A stretch of 64,000 nt of DNA, from NCBI RefSeq assembly GCF_044324875.1, contig NZ_CP172185.1; one strand, 5' to 3'. Below, piece after piece: positions 20,990 through 30,200 of the stretch. This stretch comes from Escherichia coli. Lineage in GTDB: Bacteria; Pseudomonadota; Gammaproteobacteria; Enterobacterales; Enterobacteriaceae. Position 1 is the first letter of the stretch. Each line of letters begins with the position of its first letter. The notes under the pieces were generated by a model that did no database searches, had not been told where the DNA came from, and worked only from the letters and a program-made list of their open reading frames with translations. A program made the translations under genes and the position numbers.

Positions 20990-22078
20990 TCACGGCAGGC
21001 GGTGGCGAGCTTGATAATAAGCCTGCCAGTGAGCTTCTTTATGTGTAGCGACACGTTGTTCGAAGTAACGGCGCAGACGTGCGCGATCTTCTTCGTTATC
21101 TTTGACGATGGTTCCGGCAATACAGTCCACCAGGTCGGCAGGCTCCCCCGCGCGATTCGCTAAAAACCAGGCGCGGACACCCACAGCATGGGCCACGTTA
21201 ACGGCTTCAGCGGTGGACATAATCGCTGTCAGTGTATCCATTGACGTTTTCTTTTCGCCGTTGGCACGCAGATCGCGGAACGTGCGCACCAGTAATTCCA
21301 GTACCGCGTCAGGCACTTTATGCGGAATACCGCTATGGGCCAGCAAACGCGCCGAAGCACTGGCAACCAGTTCCAGCTCCTGGGCGAAATCCATAATCGG
21401 AAAGACAGTTTCAAAATCGAAGCGACGCTTTAGCGCAGCACTCATTTCATTGACGCCGCGATCGCGGGTATTGGCAGTGGCAATAATATTAAAGCCTTCC
21501 CGCGCATAGAGCTGACTGGCTTCACCAGTGAGTTCCGGCACCGTCATTACCCTGTCAGAAAGCATACCTAACAGACAGTCTTGTACTTCCAGCGGTGTAC
21601 GCGTTATCTCTTCAAAACGGACGATTTTGCCGTCGCGCATTCCCTGGTAAAGCGGGGCAGGGACCAGCGCTTCCGTTGATGGACCATGATTGATAAGCAG
21701 AGCGTAGTTCCAGCCGTACTTGATTTGATCTTCGGTGGTAGATGCGCCGCCCTGGATGGTTAACCCGGCATCGCCGCTAATAGCGGTTGCCAGTAATTCA
21801 GACAGGAGAGATTTTGCGGTGCCAGGTTCCCCCACCAACATCAAACCGCGCCCGGTAGCGAGAGTGACTAACATGCGTTCGACAGCGGAGGGACTGATCA
21901 CGACTTTACGGCTAATATTTTGCGCTTCGTCGCCAAGGATAAAAGCACGGGCCGCAGGCAAACTTAACTGCCAACCGGGCGGGCAAGGTGCGTTATCATT
22001 TTGTTTTAATTTTGCCAGTTCATCGGCGTATAACACAGCAGCAGGTGGACGCTGCAGATGATTATTCTGCGGTGACAT
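20990..22078 (-). CDS. yehL: MoxR-like AAA+ ATPase YehL
   Basis: 362 aa from MSPQNNHLQRPP; Walker A GEPGTAKS. Confidence 0.85.
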   Translation of the reverse strand: MSPQNNHLQRPPAAVLYADELAKLKQNDNAPCPPGWQLSLPAARAFILGDEAQNISRKVVISPSAVERMLVTLATGRGLMLVGEPGTAKSLLSELLATAISGDAGLTIQGGASTTEDQIKYGWNYALLINHGPSTEALVPAPLYQGMRDGKIVRFEEITRTPLEVQDCLLGMLSDRVMTVPELTGEASQLYAREGFNIIATANTRDRGVNEMSAALKRRFDFETVFPIMDFAQELELVASASARLLAHSGIPHKVPDAVLELLVRTFRDLRANGEKKTSMDTLTAIMSTAEAVNVAHAVGVRAWFLANRAGEPADLVDCIAGTIVKDNEEDRARLRRYFEQRVATHKEAHWQAYYQARHRLP

Positions 22079-22189
22079 ATATTCATCCCTGAAATGTATT
22101 AATGAAATAAACGATATTTTACGCGCAATAAATGTTTGCCGCATTAGTTGTTTGAGCGAAAAATATCTGGAAAGCAGATCACAGTACAT

Positions 22190-22272
22190 AAAAAAACCTG
22201 CTGGTGAGGCAGGTTCTTTTATTTACTATTTTCAGGCCCAACACCGCAGCCTGTGCAACATCGTGTTCCAAC
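22190..22272 (-). ncRNA. Predicted OrzO/OrzP-like antitoxin sRNA, copy 1 (about 80 nt)
   Basis: Minus-strand promoter TTGCAA-17-TATAAT (22307-22279), intrinsic terminator (hairpin 22197-22213, T-run on minus strand); 5' ~19 nt complementary to 22419-22438 in the toxin 5' UTR. Confidence 0.5.
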
Positions 22273-22278
22273 GAACGA

Positions 22279-22329
22279 ATTATAACCATCGGTGGACCCC
22301 GTTGCAATTAAGATAATGAGATTTATAAT
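22279..22329. promoter_or_regulatory. Back-to-back divergent sigma-70 promoters sharing one palindromic -35 hexamer TTGCAA (copy 1)
   Basis: Plus: TTGCAA(22302-22307)-16-TATAAT(22324-22329); minus: same hexamer, 17-nt spacer, TATAAT (revcomp of 22279-22284). Confidence 0.5.
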
Positions 22330-22510
22330 CCAGACGGTTGGGACGTTGCGCCGGATCGGACCAATTTTAAGTCCTGGCTACCGGACGGGTGGTGCTGCAG
22401 GTGGTGCCCTGATCCGGAGTGCAACATCGTGGTCCAACATACGTAAACCAGTATCGACAGGCAGTGTAAGGGTAAGGTGCTGGTGTTGCGCTCCTTAATA
22501 AGGAGAGCGA

Positions 22511-22600
22511 ATGGACACGCTGACACAAAAGTTAACCGTGCTCATTGCTGTACTGGAGCTATTAGTGGCTCTGTTACGGTTGATTGATTTGTTGAAGTAA
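22511..22600 (+). CDS. Type I toxin-like small hydrophobic protein, 29 aa (ZorO/ZorP-like), copy 1
   Basis: MDTLTQKLTVLIAVLELLVALLRLIDLLK; SD AAGGAG 6 nt upstream, sequestered in a cgctcctt/aaggagcg hairpin; the only two nucleotide differences versus copy 2 are synonymous. Confidence 0.65.
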   Translation: MDTLTQKLTVLIAVLELLVALLRLIDLLK

Positions 22601-22799
22601 CGGGCAAATTGAAACGCATCTAAGGGGGAAAACCGCTTCCCCCTTTAATAAAATGATTACTGTTTTTATTAATTCATCATATAACTCATTTTTATTTATA
22701 AATTCATCGATTTTATATTCAACGTACCGTTTAACCGGGATGTGAATATTTATGGTGGGCTATTGGCAAAAAATATCTGGAAAGTAGATCGCAGAAAAT

Positions 22800-22880
22800 A
22801 AAAAAACCTGCTGGTGAGGCAGGTTCTTTTATTTACTACTTTGATGTTAAGTTACTGATAGTGCAACATGGCATCTCAAC
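22800..22880 (-). ncRNA. Predicted OrzO/OrzP-like antitoxin sRNA, copy 2
   Basis: Same promoter/terminator layout as copy 1; 5' region complementary to 23027-23046. Confidence 0.5.
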
Positions 22881-22886
22881 GAACGA

Positions 22887-22937
22887 ATTATAACCACCTC
22901 TGGACAGTGTTGCAATTAAGATAATGAGATTTATAAT
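22887..22937. promoter_or_regulatory. Back-to-back divergent promoters sharing TTGCAA (copy 2)
   Basis: TTGCAA at 22910-22915, TATAAT at 22932-22937 (plus) and revcomp of 22887-22892 (minus). Confidence 0.5.
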
Positions 22938-23118
22938 CCTGACTGTTGGGAAGTTGCGCCGGATCGAACCCATTTCAAGTCCTGGCTACCGGACGGGTGG
23001 TGCCGCAGGTAGTGCTCTGATCCGGAGTGCAACATGGCGACTCAACATACGTAAACCAGTATCGACAGGCAGCGTAAGGGTAAGGTGCTGGTGTTGCGCT
23101 CCTTAATAAGGAGAGCGG

Positions 23119-23208
23119 ATGGACACGCTGACACAAAAGTTAACCGTGCTCATTGCCGTACTGGAGTTATTAGTGGCTCTGTTACGGTTGATTGATTTGT
23201 TGAAGTAA
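23119..23208 (+). CDS. Type I toxin-like small hydrophobic protein, 29 aa (ZorO/ZorP-like), copy 2
   Basis: Identical peptide to copy 1 with two synonymous changes (gct/gcc, cta/tta); same sequestered SD. Confidence 0.65.
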   Translation: MDTLTQKLTVLIAVLELLVALLRLIDLLK

Positions 23209-23261
23209 CGGGCAAAGTGAAACGCATCTAAGGGGGAATACCGTTTCCCCCTTTAATAAAG

Positions 23262-23567
23262 CTATTTTTCTATTTCTTGGTTGAATATATTCTGTAGTTC
23301 GCGATTAAAAATTGCTATTACCGTTTCAGGTGATTCACCTCGTAATTTCCGCTCATCAATAAACTCATCTCTTATATAAATCAACGCATCATTTATTAGC
23401 GGGTCGGCATCATTAAATGTTGGATGTAGCTGGAACCGTTCCAGTCGGTAGACGGAACCTGTAAATAATTCAGAGCATTTATGGATCTCAAGTCTGAAGG
23501 AAAACGGATCTTCAGGTACAGGGACCTCATAATTGTAAATAGCGACCAGCTCTTTTTGCACGCTCAT
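23262..23567 (-). CDS. yehK: Small uncharacterised protein YehK
   Basis: 101-aa ORF at the expected position between yehL and yehI. Confidence 0.7.
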   Translation of the reverse strand: MSVQKELVAIYNYEVPVPEDPFSFRLEIHKCSELFTGSVYRLERFQLHPTFNDADPLINDALIYIRDEFIDERKLRGESPETVIAIFNRELQNIFNQEIEK

Positions 23568-23627
23568 CGCTTTTCCCGATGGTAAGTCGTGTTGATAACG
23601 GGCAGTCGCATCACTGCCCGTTGTGTT

Positions 23628-26600
23628 TTAATGGAAAATGACGTCGGGTGCGCTTAACGCCTCACTCAAATCAAACACATCAAGTTCGGCAAAAGTGACA
23701 GATTTATTGTCACGGTATACATGAAGAGAACGGAAGCTCATTAGCGCTTTGCTATCAACATTGTAGTGGTTAAAACCGGGTGAAAACTTAAGGACCAGCC
23801 GGTACGCACCCAGGTCATAGACAAATGCGTCCTCATAGCCTGACTCCCAGCCTTTGTATCGCATTCCCATCAGTTGCCCAACGGTAGCGGATTTACCTTC
23901 CCAGCGATTCAAACTATTACTGGCTGACTCGTCAGGTGTGAGCAGCACCGTACGCCGTGCCAACTGGCGAAAAGGCGGCATAATTTCGTAATCGTCAAAA
24001 AGCTGTGCAAATTCACTGCGCATTTCTGCTGCCATTTCTAACGGGTGGGCAATGCCAATCAGAGCATCGGCAGGCAAGTCAATTGGCTCATCTTGCGCAT
24101 TGCAGAACTCCCCCTCAGCGGCCACACGAAAGGCGTTGAGTAAACGACGCGGTTCATTTGCCGGATAAACACCCCATATCAATCGCTGAGTAACCAGGCG
24201 GGTAAAGGGATGATTAACAAACAGAGAATGAAAATCTGCCAGCGACCAGCGTCGGGTGGTGCGCAGGGCAGTTTCAAGACGCGGGAGCAGGTTTTTGCTC
24301 ACCTGAGTGGCATCTTTTTTTAGCCCTTTTAGTCGGGCCAGTGCCTCGGGTGCTTTCAGTTGATCGTCATCGGCGCGCAACCGGGGAACGCTTTTCTGGC
24401 GAACGTTTTGCTGATCAAAGATAACCGGGTTAAGGTTTTCATCGAAGCGAACGGTAAATTGCCGTGGACCAAAATCAAAAATCAACGCCTGCGGATCATC
24501 AAGACCCAGTGTTGGGACTAATCTGTCCGCTAACTGTTCCTGGCTTAGCCCGCGATTTTCTGCGACCACCTGAAGAAATTCCGCCGCGTTATCACGTAAG
24601 GGGCGGGATTTCGCCCGTTGCGATATATGATGCAGCTGTATCAGTGCCATATCATTATTCATCTGAGTAAGGATGTTCAGGCCGCTGACGGCACGGGCAG
24701 ATTTGCCTTCCTGTGGCCAGGCAAGGATCTGTGTCGTCAGATCCCGTGCCGTGCTTTCGTCGCCAAAGAGACTTAACGCCAGAAATGCCCAGTTGTCTTT
24801 TGCGGGAGCACCAGCTTGTTGCCACGCGGTGAAAAGATCCCAGGCAAAGGCTGCCAGCGTTTGCGGCTGGCAAAACGTTTTCAGCTGTTCCAGTCCGCTA
24901 TAAAAACGTCCGCCCTGGGTAAAGCGCAGCATTTCGCCGATAATTTCCAGAGCGTCATCAGTAACTGGTTGATTATTCGTGATAAGGCGCGGCCTGGACC
25001 ACATTGCCGGCTGCCAGAAATCAGGGGCTTTTGGAATGCGTGTCGGGTAAATCTCTATTGGACTCTGTTTAAGTAATTGCTCCAGGGCAGGCCATACATC
25101 TGTACGCTGCCAGCGGTTTGCCACGGTTTGCAGTAACTCGCCATGTCCCTGTTCGTAAAGTAAACGCAGGGCAAGTAATGCAGCTTCGCTATTATCGCTG
25201 GATTTGGTGAAGACAAGAGGGATAAGTGCAGTAGCCGTATGTTCCGGCCACTGTAAAATCCACTGGCGGGCCAGATCACGCTGCGCCGCGAAACGTCGCC
25301 AGACGCGGGCAACGGGCAGGGCCAGTTCGGTTGCGCCGAAATGAATTAGCAGCGGAAATATCTCTTTTGGATGTCGGGCAAAGGCGGTGTTTAATCCAGG
25401 CAAAGCATCAGTGCCCAGCACACTTAACAGATATTCCACCCCGGTGTAATGAAAATCAGCCGCAACAATTTGTTGCCAGCACGATACCGCCATTTCGCGC
25501 GGCATTTGCGCGATAAGGTACAGATTCCATATCCCCCAACGCTTTTCATTACCATAGTAAAATCCGTGCTGAAAAGTTCGCCACCCTTCCATCAACGCAA
25601 TGCTATCTTGTACCAATAATGCTTTGGTGGCTTCTTCCCGGTACTGTTTAGATTTGGCCTGATGCGCGTAATAAGTACGCAATAGTCCTATTGATGTGTA
25701 TTCTTGCAGTTGCTGAGCATCAAAGGCATCCAACTGTCCATTAAGAAGACGCTTATTAAATTCCAGGCTATGAACGTCAAAGCCTAATTCCCGCAAGAAT
25801 GTATCCGCTCCTCTCTTAGCAAGACGTTCGTCAAAAGACATGGCGCTAAAATGGTCAATTGCAGTTTGCTGTTCCGGCGTCCAGTGTTCCTGGGACGACC
25901 TGCACGCTTGCGTTGCAAGTGTAAGTTCAGGCAGCGAAAAGTGAGGTATGGAAGTCTTTTTCCTGCCACGCCACGGTGGTGAAACGAGGATTTCAGGCAG
26001 ACTGCTGTTATCGGTGCAATCTATAACCGGTTTTGACGATGCCGATAAATAACTCTTCACCACTGCCCGGGCTTGAGTACTTAACCACGGCATCACCTCT
26101 TCTGCCAGTTGTGGCTGCGATGCCATCAGCGTTTGTAACAGCGTACGCCAGTATTCATCACGTGCTTTTTGCTGTGCAGGCAGCTTTTTGTCTTCGATGA
26201 TTGGATAACCAGGGCGTGCAGGCGGTTCTTTTAACGCCAGAAGCTCTGCCAGTGCGGCAAGCGTCGCATGGGGGAAATTTTTACTGTATTTAGCTACACG
26301 TTGCAGGCTGGGTTTGTTTTTATCAGCAACTAACAGCAGGGTGCGGATGACCTGCGGATGGTTAATTTGTACCAGCAGACTGCCGCAATCTTCTTTATGG
26401 GCATACATTGCCAGGCGTGGAACGGCTGCCAGTCCTTGTTCGCGCAAAAGGGCGGCGCAGGCCGCGTAGCCGAAGTGGTTTTCATGCGACATGTAGCTGG
26501 CTTCCCGATCGCTAAATATATCCTGGCTCCAGTAGCGTTCGAGTTTTTTCACCGCTCTGGGGTCATTAGCAACAACTTTTAACCACTCCTTAGAATGAAA

Positions 26601-27272
26601 ATGAGTCCGCGGGCATTCAAGGCCTACCAACTCATTGGCGATTTCTGGTTTTTCCGGGAGGATCAGCGCAATAAAAGGGCGGCGAACTTTGGTTATTCCT
26701 GGCAGTGCGGCAATGAGTTTGTCGGCGCAACGCTGCCAGCTGCTTTCCTCTGCCAGAGAGAGATGCTTACGCAGTCGGAGATCGAATTCGTTATAGGTTT
26801 CTGATCGATAACCATAGCCATAATCCTCGTTCTGATACTGCAATGTCACTAGCAGAGGATCACTCTCATAACACCGTGCAATAAACTGGCGTGCAATCAC
26901 CACCTCAGTCGCATATTCCAGTCCCTCTTGTTGGACGATTTCGTCGAGCAACTGTTGGCTATCATTTTGCGCGATACAGGCTAGCGCCGCCATTGTCCGG
27001 GCCGGAACTGAGGGTTTGTGTTCTCCGATCAAGTTGATGGCCTGCGTAATGGCCGACTGCCACTCCAGTGAAAAATTTTCATAACGCCAGACAATGTTTT
27101 TTTTCTTCTCAGCTTTTTGTAGCAATTCATCACCCAGTGTCTGGATGAGGCTTTCAGTGATAACAGGCACCGGTTCGCCCGGCCAACTGCGATGGCTGAG
27201 CGGCGTTTTGCCTTTTTTATATTTCAGTTCCACTTGGGCGTTATCCGCCAGCCACGGTAATTCCTTGTCCAT
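23628..27272 (-). CDS. yehI: DUF4132-family large protein YehI
   Basis: 1214 aa; homologous over most of its length to the two upstream paralogs but lacks their N-terminal WGR domain. Confidence 0.8.
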   Translation of the reverse strand: MDKELPWLADNAQVELKYKKGKTPLSHRSWPGEPVPVITESLIQTLGDELLQKAEKKKNIVWRYENFSLEWQSAITQAINLIGEHKPSVPARTMAALACIAQNDSQQLLDEIVQQEGLEYATEVVIARQFIARCYESDPLLVTLQYQNEDYGYGYRSETYNEFDLRLRKHLSLAEESSWQRCADKLIAALPGITKVRRPFIALILPEKPEIANELVGLECPRTHFHSKEWLKVVANDPRAVKKLERYWSQDIFSDREASYMSHENHFGYAACAALLREQGLAAVPRLAMYAHKEDCGSLLVQINHPQVIRTLLLVADKNKPSLQRVAKYSKNFPHATLAALAELLALKEPPARPGYPIIEDKKLPAQQKARDEYWRTLLQTLMASQPQLAEEVMPWLSTQARAVVKSYLSASSKPVIDCTDNSSLPEILVSPPWRGRKKTSIPHFSLPELTLATQACRSSQEHWTPEQQTAIDHFSAMSFDERLAKRGADTFLRELGFDVHSLEFNKRLLNGQLDAFDAQQLQEYTSIGLLRTYYAHQAKSKQYREEATKALLVQDSIALMEGWRTFQHGFYYGNEKRWGIWNLYLIAQMPREMAVSCWQQIVAADFHYTGVEYLLSVLGTDALPGLNTAFARHPKEIFPLLIHFGATELALPVARVWRRFAAQRDLARQWILQWPEHTATALIPLVFTKSSDNSEAALLALRLLYEQGHGELLQTVANRWQRTDVWPALEQLLKQSPIEIYPTRIPKAPDFWQPAMWSRPRLITNNQPVTDDALEIIGEMLRFTQGGRFYSGLEQLKTFCQPQTLAAFAWDLFTAWQQAGAPAKDNWAFLALSLFGDESTARDLTTQILAWPQEGKSARAVSGLNILTQMNNDMALIQLHHISQRAKSRPLRDNAAEFLQVVAENRGLSQEQLADRLVPTLGLDDPQALIFDFGPRQFTVRFDENLNPVIFDQQNVRQKSVPRLRADDDQLKAPEALARLKGLKKDATQVSKNLLPRLETALRTTRRWSLADFHSLFVNHPFTRLVTQRLIWGVYPANEPRRLLNAFRVAAEGEFCNAQDEPIDLPADALIGIAHPLEMAAEMRSEFAQLFDDYEIMPPFRQLARRTVLLTPDESASNSLNRWEGKSATVGQLMGMRYKGWESGYEDAFVYDLGAYRLVLKFSPGFNHYNVDSKALMSFRSLHVYRDNKSVTFAELDVFDLSEALSAPDVIFH

Positions 27273-27281
27273 GCTCTTTCC

Positions 27282-30200
27282 TTATTCAAACAGGGCTTCA
27301 ATATCGTTAATGAGTTCGCTGGCGGTGATGGCATCGAGTACGGAGAACTGCGCTTCCTGTGTTGAATTACTCCCCCAGCCATAGCTTTCCGCTTTGCCTT
27401 CCCATAGCCACAGCTTGCTTAAGAGTTGCTCGGCACTGAGTTCGGCTGGCGACATGCCGACCGCAAAACCTTCATCGATTTCCATGATTAACGACCAGCG
27501 GCCCAGAGGTTTGATCATCCAGCCGATCCAGCCACCGTCCTGCGGTTCACCACGCATCCAGCCTTTATTCGCCAGCCCCATTACCCGACCGCTCGGGCAT
27601 TTTCTGCCTGCCCAGCGGATCAATTCGCTGGCATTGCGCTCGGTTTCTGTCAGGGCGTAACTGTTACGGTCGAGCTGGCGGAACGGCGGTAACAGTTCGT
27701 AGTCGGCAAAAAGCTGACCAAAGGCAGCGGCATCCGTGGGTGATATTTCCAGAACGTGAGGAATGCCAACAGAGATATCGCCTTCTGGCAGGGTGAAAAG
27801 ATCATCGTCAGCGGTGCTGTAGCTGTTATCTTCCGCCACCCGAAAGCAAGCCAGTAGCTTGTTTTCGGCGCTATAAACGCCCCAAATCAGACGGCGGGTT
27901 AAGTGGCGAACCAGCGGGTGTTCAACCAGGAAGAGCTGAAAGTTTTCCGGCGACCAGCGGCGGCGCAGGCACATGGCGGATTCAAGCCTTGTCACCTGCT
28001 GGGCGGCGACGGTACGCGTATCTTTTTTCAGGAGTTTGTAGCGGTTTACCGCCTCATCAGCCCGCGATTCATCATCGCTTTTGTTTGGTTTGGGCAGGTC
28101 TTTCAGGCGGCTGCCGGAAGCATCGCGCACAAACGGTTTTAAGGTTTCATCAAAGCTGACGGTGAACTGACGTGGGCCAAAATCCAGCAGCAGCGAACCG
28201 TTATCATCCAGTCCCAGATCCGGGGCCAGGCGATCTTCAAGCTCCGCTACCGTGAGTTCGCGGCTTTCGGCAATGTCGGCAATTTTCTCTTTCGCCCGCT
28301 CCTGTAAGGCTTTGAATTTCAGTTTCTGGGCGATGCCGTTAAGCTGCATCAGGGCGATATCGCTGCTGATAGCGGCGAGGATATCAAGCCCGACGGTGGC
28401 GCGTTTATGCTGGGATTCGCCAGGCCAGGCGCGAATCAAAGGCGTCAGTTTGCGGGCGGTGTCATCGTTGCCGAGAACACCTAACGCAGTGAATGCCCAG
28501 CTTTCTTTAGACGGTGCGCCAGCGGTCTGCCAGGCGGTAAACAGATCCCAGGCAAATTCAGCCAGTGAGTCGGCGGTACAGGCGGCTTTCACCTGCAATA
28601 ATCCCGGATACAGTGCCTCTTCCTGAGGGAAGCGGAGCATTTCACCGAGGCGTAGGAGGGCGCTATCTGGCAGTGATTGGGCATTTGCTTTTAATACCGG
28701 GCGGGTCCAGAGCGATGGCTGATAAAAGGCCGGAAGAGTGGGGATTTTTGTCGGGTGATTATCTAAGGCATCGAGCGCAAGCAGAGCGTTCACCGCATCG
28801 GTTACTTCCGGCTGGTTATAACGCCGGGCGATTTCTTGCAGTAATGGCTGATGACCGTTTTCGGTAAGCATACGCAAGGCAGCGCGGGCGTTATCCTGGG
28901 CTTCACCGGCTTTGCCGAGCGCCGCGGGCAGCAGGCCGGTAATGGCGTGTTCCGGGTATTTCAGCAGCCAGCTACGGGCGTCTTGTCGTAGGGTTTTGAG
29001 TTTGTTGAAGGCGCGGGCGATCAGTGGCGCTAATTCGATAGCCGCAAAATATTGTGCTACAGGCAGAGCTTCTTGTGGATAGCGTGAAAAGGAGTGAATA
29101 AAACCCTGTAACCCAGCGAGTTGCAGGTGCGTCATGACAAACTCGACACCGACGTGTGGCTCTTTACTGAGGACATTCCACGCCTGCGCTGTTTTTTCGA
29201 TAGGCAGGGCGGCTAACATGTAAAGTTGCCATTCCCGTTGATAGGAGTGCCAGAAGGTTTTAAATTCGCTGATTAGCGCAGAATAATCTCCCCTCTGCCA
29301 GAGTTCTACAACAGCATCAGACGCTTTCATATACTGGCCATTATTCCAGCGATTGAAACCCAGACGTGTCAGGTAGTTCTGAATATCCTCTTTTTGGCCG
29401 ATGTCTATTTGATGTGCGTGCCAGCGATGCCTTGCATGAATCTCTTTTTCTGCCGTCTCGGTCAATGTGCAGCATGACTCCAGCGGTAATGGCGTTAAAT
29501 CCAATACCGGCATTACAGATTTTTTCTTTTTCGAAAGCCAGGGCGGTGAGACTAATATGGCTGGCAGCATATCGGCGCTGGCATGGTTTGAGGGCTGTTT
29601 CAGTTGTTGCTGGCATGATTTCAGTACGGCAACTGCGGGTGTCGAGAGCCAGGGAATGACCTGTTCTGCTAGTATCGGTTGCGAGATAAGCATCGTCATT
29701 AGCATCATGCGCCAGCGCTTTTCATCTTTTTGTGCCAGAAGTTCTGCTAATGCCGCCAGCGCTGCGTGTGGGAAGCGAACGAAAGCCTTTGTCATGCGAT
29801 CGTGGCAACGCTTTCCTTGCTCGCTTGCATGGATAAGTAGTGTAAGTGCCTGCGGGTGGTTGATATGCATCAACACTTCACCACATGTGTCACCAGTAGC
29901 GTAATGGGCAAAACGGGCCAGCGCAGTGACTCCTTGCTCCTGGAGTGCTGTCGCACACCAGATGTTACCGCCATAGTAATCATCAAATACCTGCCCAGGC
30001 TGTCCTGGATAGTATTTTTCCAGGTCTGCTAATACCTGAGCATCGGTGACCGTCAGTTTTAGCCATTCCAGCGCATATAACCCTTTTTGCCCGCAAAAAT
30101 GTCTGGCAATCTCATGAGCTACTTCTGGTTTTTCCGGCAACAATAGTGCAACCAGCGGCTGGTGCCAGGCGGGCATGTTTCCGAGAGCGGCAATCAGTTT

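Larger units (their letters stand above)
22159..22652. repeat. Copy 1 of a roughly 490-bp direct repeat unit carrying a small-toxin ORF, antisense RNA and two terminators
   Basis: Unit = terminator hairpin, divergent promoters, long 5' UTR, 29-codon ORF, terminator; second copy at 22768-23260. Confidence 0.9.
22768..23260. repeat. Copy 2 of the roughly 490-bp direct repeat unit
   Basis: Same architecture as copy 1; flanks diverged about 10 percent, ORF conserved. Confidence 0.9.

Noticed and set aside
22292-23106. ORFs of 68, 67 and 60 aa (22292-22498, 22323-22526, 22924-23106)
   Set aside because: They overlap the structured 5' UTR and sRNA of the zor/orz-like repeats and are not conserved between the two copies, unlike the 29-codon ORF.
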